Assembly: GCA_035362715.1 (NCBI GenBank)
Contig: DAOSDU010000002.1
Location: 131,400-195,399 of the forward strand
Direction of reading: 5' to 3'
DNA: 64,000 bases
DNA from: Methanofastidiosum sp.
Lineage (GTDB): Archaea; Methanobacteriota_B; Thermococci; Methanofastidiosales; Methanofastidiosaceae
Part shown: positions 59,585 to 64,000 of the stretch, piece after piece
Position numbering within the stretch: position 1 is the first letter of the stretch
Layout of the letters: every line of letters starts with the position of its first letter
Notes under the pieces: model-generated
Databases searched by the model: none
Told to the model about the DNA's origin: nothing
Seen by the model: the letters and a program-made list of their open reading frames with translations, nothing else
Translations under genes and position numbers: made by a program

Positions 59585-59902
59585 TTGAAAATTAGGCCCG
59601 AGATACAGATATTTCCTTTCAAATTGATATCAAAAGAAACTGCGGACAAGATCACTGACGAGCTCACTAGGTTTGACTTTGTCACAAACGTTTCAGTCCA
59701 TGGACCTTCTGTTAATTCAAATGAAAATGAGAATTATATGGTTGGATGGATATGGATTGAAATAGAGGACAACAATGAAGACGTCCAGAAGATTATAAAA
59801 GATGTTTGTGATGAATTTCTGCCTTTTGGATATAATATTGAAGTAGGCCGATTTACAAAATATAAAAAAGGAGTATCTGACTACATAAAGGGTCTAAATT
59901 AG
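59585..59902 (+). CDS. mcrD: Methyl-coenzyme M reductase operon protein D (short form)
   Basis: [21 protein letters not shown] matches the McrD N-terminal I.IFPHR.L.PET..K motif. 105 aa, shorter than classical McrD. Confidence 0.6.
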   Translation: MKIRPEIQIFPFKLISKETADKITDELTRFDFVTNVSVHGPSVNSNENENYMVGWIWIEIEDNNEDVQKIIKDVCDEFLPFGYNIEVGRFTKYKKGVSDYIKGLN

Positions 59903-59913
59903 GAGGAATAATT

Positions 59914-60687
59914 ATGGCATATAAAGCACAATTTCACCCTGGAAAATCAGATCCATCAAAAAACAGAAAAAAATATATGGATCCTACATACAAACTCCAA
60001 AAGATAAGATCAGTATCCGATGAGGATGTTGTAAGAGTTCTTGGCCACAGACAGCCTGGAGAGGACTACAAGAGTGTTCACCCACCATTAGAAGAAATGG
60101 GAGAACCAGAATGCCCTATAAGGGAACTTGTAGAACCAACACCCGGTGCTAAGGCTGGAGACAGAATTAGATACGTTCAGTTTACTGACTCCGTTTACTT
60201 TGCCCCAATATCTCCTTATCAGAGATCTTGGATGTACTCATACAGGTACAGAGGTATGGATAGCGGAACACTTTCTGGAAGACATGTAGTAGAAGCAAGA
60301 GAAAGAGATGTTGAAGCAATTGCTAAAGAGCTTATTGAGTCCGAAACATTTGATGCTGCCAGAACAGGAATTAGAGGAAGAACAGTCCACGGACATGCTC
60401 TAAGACTTGATGAAAATGGTATCATGTTTGATGCAATGCAGAGATATGTATTTGACAAGAGCACAGGAGAAGTAAAGTACGTAAAGGATATGGTTGGAGA
60501 ACCAGTACCAGCCCCAATATCTGTTGGTAAGCCACTATCTGAAGATGAACTTAAGAAAAGAACAACAATCTACAGAGCAGATGGTGTTACAATAAAGGAC
60601 GATGCAGAAGTTCTTCAAATGGTACAGAATGTTCACTGGGAGAGATCCTTCGGTGGATTCGAGCCATTTAAGGAGGCCAAGTTTTAA
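59914..60687 (+). CDS. mcrG: Methyl-coenzyme M reductase gamma subunit
   Basis: 257 aa, McrG conserved core ([23 protein letters not shown]). Confidence 0.9.
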   Translation: MAYKAQFHPGKSDPSKNRKKYMDPTYKLQKIRSVSDEDVVRVLGHRQPGEDYKSVHPPLEEMGEPECPIRELVEPTPGAKAGDRIRYVQFTDSVYFAPISPYQRSWMYSYRYRGMDSGTLSGRHVVEARERDVEAIAKELIESETFDAARTGIRGRTVHGHALRLDENGIMFDAMQRYVFDKSTGEVKYVKDMVGEPVPAPISVGKPLSEDELKKRTTIYRADGVTIKDDAEVLQMVQNVHWERSFGGFEPFKEAKF

Positions 60688-60700
60688 GGAGGGGATATGA

Positions 60701-62362
60701 ATGGTATATAAAGATGAAAAACATAACTTTATGCAGGCAATGAAAAAGAAATTCGAAGAAGCTCCTGACAAGAAAAATACAAAGTACTACGTATACGGTG
60801 GGTACAAGCAGAACAAGAGGAAAGTAGAATTTCATGATGCAGGTCTGCAGATTGCAAAAGAAAGAGGAATACCTGGGTACAATCCATCAGTAGGTATGCC
60901 ACAAGGTCAGAGAGTATTAATGCCTTACCAGCTTTCACATACAGACACTATTGCTAACATGGATGACCTTCACTTCGTAAACAACGCCGCTATGCAACAG
61001 GCATGGGACGATATGAGAAGGACTATCCTCGTAGGACTTGACTCACCACACAACATTCTTGAAAAGAGACTTGGTAAAGAAGTCACACCAGAAACAATTA
61101 ACCACTATCTTGAAGTAGTAAATCACGCAATGCCTGGTGCAGCCGTCATTCAGGAACACATGGTTGAAACTGACCCAAGATTAGTAAAAGACTCATACGT
61201 AAAAGTATACTCTGGAAATGATGAATTAATTGATGAAATTGATTCAAGATTCGTTATAGACATAAACAAAGAATTCCCTGCAGCCCAAGCAGCCCAACTT
61301 AAGAAGGCTATTGGAAAATCAATGTGGCAGGTAGTTAGAATTCCAACAGTAGTTGGAAGAGTTTGTGACGGAGGAACAGTTTCCAGATGGAGCGCAATGC
61401 AGATCGGTATGGCATTCATTGGTGCATACAATCTATGTGCCGGAGAAGCCGCAACTGGAGATTTCGCATACGCTGCAAAGCACGGTTCAGTCATACAGAT
61501 GTCTGACATGATGCCAGCAAGAAGAGCAAGAGGTCCAAATGAGCCTGGTGGACTTATGTACGGAATTGTTTCAGACTGTGCACAGTCAATGGCCAAGTAC
61601 CCAGATGACCCAGCAAGACACTCACTTGAGGCAATTGCACTTGCCGCTTTAATTTACGACCAGATATACCTTGGATCATACATGTCTGGTGGTGTCGGGT
61701 TTACACAGTATGCAACAGCCGCATACACCGATAACATCCTTGAAGACTTTGTATACTGGGGAATGGAACACGTAAAGGATAAGTTTGGCGATCTCGCAAA
61801 GCAGAAACCAAGTGTAAAACTCATAAACGACATCGGAACAGACGTTGCTATGTACTGTTTAGAGCAGTATGAACTTTACCCAGCAGTTATGGAGACACAC
61901 TTCGGTGGATCACAGAGAGCTACATGTATCTCTGCAGCAGCCGGAACAAGTGTATCTATGGCAACAGGTAACGCTCAAGCTGGACTTTCAGCATGGTACC
62001 TTGCATGTAACATACACAAGGAGCAGATGGGAAGATTCGGATTCTACGGATACGACCTTCAAGATCAGATTGGTGCTTCAAACACCTTCTCATACAGATC
62101 TGATGAAGGTTTACCATTCGAGCTTAGGGGAGGTAACTACCCAAGCTACGCAATGAACGTAGGACACCAGAGTGCATACACTGGTATCGTTGCAGCAGCT
62201 CACTCCGCAAGAGGAGACGCATGGGCACTGTCACCACACATAAAGGTCGCATTCGCCGACAGGTCACTACCTTTCGACTTCGCAAACATTACAAAGGAGT
62301 TCGGAAAGGGTGCCATGAGGGAGTTCGTCCCTGCCGGAGAAAGAGACCTTATTATACCATAA
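60701..62362 (+). CDS. mcrA: Methyl-coenzyme M reductase alpha subunit
   Basis: 553 aa with hallmark McrA regions ([21 protein letters not shown]; YGYDLQDQ; [12 protein letters not shown]). Confidence 0.95.
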   Translation: MVYKDEKHNFMQAMKKKFEEAPDKKNTKYYVYGGYKQNKRKVEFHDAGLQIAKERGIPGYNPSVGMPQGQRVLMPYQLSHTDTIANMDDLHFVNNAAMQQAWDDMRRTILVGLDSPHNILEKRLGKEVTPETINHYLEVVNHAMPGAAVIQEHMVETDPRLVKDSYVKVYSGNDELIDEIDSRFVIDINKEFPAAQAAQLKKAIGKSMWQVVRIPTVVGRVCDGGTVSRWSAMQIGMAFIGAYNLCAGEAATGDFAYAAKHGSVIQMSDMMPARRARGPNEPGGLMYGIVSDCAQSMAKYPDDPARHSLEAIALAALIYDQIYLGSYMSGGVGFTQYATAAYTDNILEDFVYWGMEHVKDKFGDLAKQKPSVKLINDIGTDVAMYCLEQYELYPAVMETHFGGSQRATCISAAAGTSVSMATGNAQAGLSAWYLACNIHKEQMGRFGFYGYDLQDQIGASNTFSYRSDEGLPFELRGGNYPSYAMNVGHQSAYTGIVAAAHSARGDAWALSPHIKVAFADRSLPFDFANITKEFGKGAMREFVPAGERDLIIP

Positions 62363-62370
62363 ATTAAAAA

Positions 62371-62394
62371 TTTATTTTTTCTTTTCTTATTTTT
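62371..62394 (+). terminator. Oligo-T tract (tttattttttcttttcttattttt) right after mcrA
   Basis: An archaeal intrinsic-terminator-like T-run 9 nt after the stop. Confidence 0.4.
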
Positions 62395-62506
62395 AATTTA
62401 ATTTCTGTGAGCTTTGGCACCGTGTACTAGTATTTGTATCAATTCTTAAGATATCTTTGATAAATGATAAGATTTTCTTCATCCAGAAAGATTTATAAGA
62501 ATTAAA

Positions 62507-63700
62507 ATGAAGATTGTTGAAATAAATAGAGGTCGTAGAGGCGAATCAATGAAAAAAGAAAAAGAGAATAAAAAAGAGTTGCATGTTTTCTCATTAGCTT
62601 CTTTCTTAAACGATTTAGGCTCTGACATGATTTATCCAATATGGCCTTTGTTTGTCACCGTTTTTCTAGGTGCCGATGTGGTGGTATTAGGGATAATAGA
62701 CGGCATAGGGGACGCTTTAGTTTCATTTTCTAGTGCATTTTCTGGTTTTCTATCTGACAAGTTCAGAAAAAGAAAAATATTTGTCTGGACGGGATACGTA
62801 TCTTCTGGGGTGGCTAGATTCGGCTACGCAATTTCTCCAACTTGGTTATATCTTATTCCTTTCAAAGCTTTGGATCGAGCTGGTAAGATCAGAGGTGCAC
62901 CAAGAGATGCAATGATTGCCGAATTATCCTCCAAGGGTAACAGGGGCGCAAACTTTGGATTTCTCCGAGCAATGGACAACTTTGGTGCAATTGTCGGAAT
63001 TACTTTATCTATAATATTATTAAAATATCTCGGATTTAGGAATTTAATTCTTATGGCTTCTATTCCCTCATTTTTTTCTGTTTTAATAATTTATCTTTTT
63101 ATTAAAGAAAAAAAATTTGAAGTTCAGAAAAGAGCTTTTTCAATAAATCTCTTTGATAAAAACTTTAGGTTCTTCGTATTTGTAAATGGATTATTCGCAT
63201 TAGGGGCTTTCAGCTACTCCTTCTTTCTGTTATATGTCAAAGATATTGGATTTTCAATATACACAGTCCCTGTTTTCTATTTGATTTTTACAGTCTCAAG
63301 CACGATTTTTTCATATCCATTTGGGAGAATGGCAGATAGAATTGGGAGAAAAAAAGTGTTGATGATTTCTTATCTATCTTTTGCACTTGTCTGCGGTAGT
63401 ATGATCTTTACAAGAAATTTTATAGGGCTTGTGTTGATATTCTGTATTTATGGCATCTACAAATCAGCTATTGATGTATCTCAAAAAACATTAGCCTCTG
63501 AAATATGTCCTTTGGACTATAGGGCCACTTCTTTGGGATCTTTTCAACTCATTACTGGACTAATGGCTTTTCCTGCTTCTTTTATAGCAGGTATTTTGTG
63601 GAAAGTCTTGGGCATGAATTATCCTCTATATTTTTCATTAGTTTTATCCTTGATTTCTTTTCTATTAATTAATCTTGTAAAAGAACAAAAGATATGTTAA
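62507..63700 (+). CDS. Major facilitator superfamily transporter
   Basis: About 12 TM helices with MFS-like loop motifs (GRKKVLM). Confidence 0.6.
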   Translation: MKIVEINRGRRGESMKKEKENKKELHVFSLASFLNDLGSDMIYPIWPLFVTVFLGADVVVLGIIDGIGDALVSFSSAFSGFLSDKFRKRKIFVWTGYVSSGVARFGYAISPTWLYLIPFKALDRAGKIRGAPRDAMIAELSSKGNRGANFGFLRAMDNFGAIVGITLSIILLKYLGFRNLILMASIPSFFSVLIIYLFIKEKKFEVQKRAFSINLFDKNFRFFVFVNGLFALGAFSYSFFLLYVKDIGFSIYTVPVFYLIFTVSSTIFSYPFGRMADRIGRKKVLMISYLSFALVCGSMIFTRNFIGLVLIFCIYGIYKSAIDVSQKTLASEICPLDYRATSLGSFQLITGLMAFPASFIAGILWKVLGMNYPLYFSLVLSLISFLLINLVKEQKIC

Positions 63701-63750
63701 TTAGAAACGTTTATAAACCACGTTTAGCCCTTCTTTTTGGTGAGCATTTA

Positions 63751-64000
63751 ATGGAATTTTGTCCAAATTGCGGTACTCTTTTACGCGTTAATAAAAAAGA
63801 GGGTAAGTCTCTATACGCTTGTAGATGTGGTTATGAGAAAGATATAGATGAAAAAAGTAGGTTTGAGCACACTGAAAAAAATAAATCTGATGATGAAGTT
63901 GTTATCATCGAAAATAATAATATGGCAATGCCAAAAGTTAAGGAAGAATGTAAAAAATGCCACAACAGAGAAGCTTACTGGTGGATGCTCCAGACAAGAA
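63751..64000 (+). CDS. tfs: Transcription factor S / RNAP subunit M (TFIIS-type Zn-ribbon), truncated at the window's 3' end
   Basis: N-terminal ribbon MEFCPNCGTLL...CRCG and a C-terminal TFIIS ribbon CKKCHNREAYWWMLQTR; runs off the window. Confidence 0.65.
   Translation, partial: MEFCPNCGTLLRVNKKEGKSLYACRCGYEKDIDEKSRFEHTEKNKSDDEVVIIENNNMAMPKVKEECKKCHNREAYWWMLQTR

Noticed and set aside
1-64000. CRISPR arrays, tRNA genes, IS elements, integrases
   Set aside because: By eye there are no regularly spaced direct repeats with unique spacers, no tRNA-like GC-rich segments of 70-90 nt in the intergenic gaps, and no transposase or integrase motifs in any ORF.

Overview
This is a 64-kb chromosomal segment from a low-GC (about 30-35%) archaeon, almost certainly a methanogen or methanotroph. 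Genes are densely packed on both strands, with archaeal-type Shine-Dalgarno sites (e.g. aaggaggaat before mcrB) and BRE/TATA-like promoters. No rRNA, tRNA, CRISPR array, transposase or integrase was found.

Gene content in order: a Tad/archaellum-like pilus assembly module (FlaI-like ATPase plus two T2SSF-domain membrane proteins); archaeosine tRNA-guanine transglycosylase with a ubiquitin-fold ...GG protein; adenine deaminase; the 2-oxoacid:ferredoxin oxidoreductase porGDAB operon; peroxiredoxin; a secreted tandem-repeat beta-propeller-like protein; hypC, hypD, a gamma-carbonic-anhydrase-like protein and a MutS-like ATPase in one string; glycerol-1-phosphate dehydrogenase; RNA polymerase subunit K (not in the ORF track); FEN-1; a soluble P-type-ATPase-like HAD protein; a stand-alone mcrC; pheS and pheT; D-aminoacyl-tRNA deacylase (DtdA); ftsZ followed by secE, spt5 and ribosomal proteins L11, L1, L10 and L12; rrmJ; a TPR/J-domain protein; ornithine carbamoyltransferase; GGGP synthase; and an RNase P RNA on the minus strand that the ORF track hides under spurious ORFs. 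Then comes a cell-surface island: a GT4 glycosyltransferase, an archaeosortase-like protein, a MinD-like ATPase with a tiny membrane protein, and a 1656-aa DUF11/CARDB-type surface protein carrying a 470-aa lysine-rich repeat tail predicted to be cytoplasmic. The window ends with PCNA, tRNA m2G10 methyltransferase, MCR component A2 (AtwA), a split ChrA pair, an Mrp/NBP35 ATPase, the mcrBDGA operon (no mcrC inside it), an MFS transporter and the 5' part of tfs/rpoM.

The most interesting observations are the surface island with the MinD pair and the repeat-bearing cytoplasmic tail, the direct-repeat-flanked GC-rich tandem-repeat gene, the non-canonical mcr organisation (mcrC about 30 kb away, overlapping a HAD gene), and the recovered RNase P RNA.
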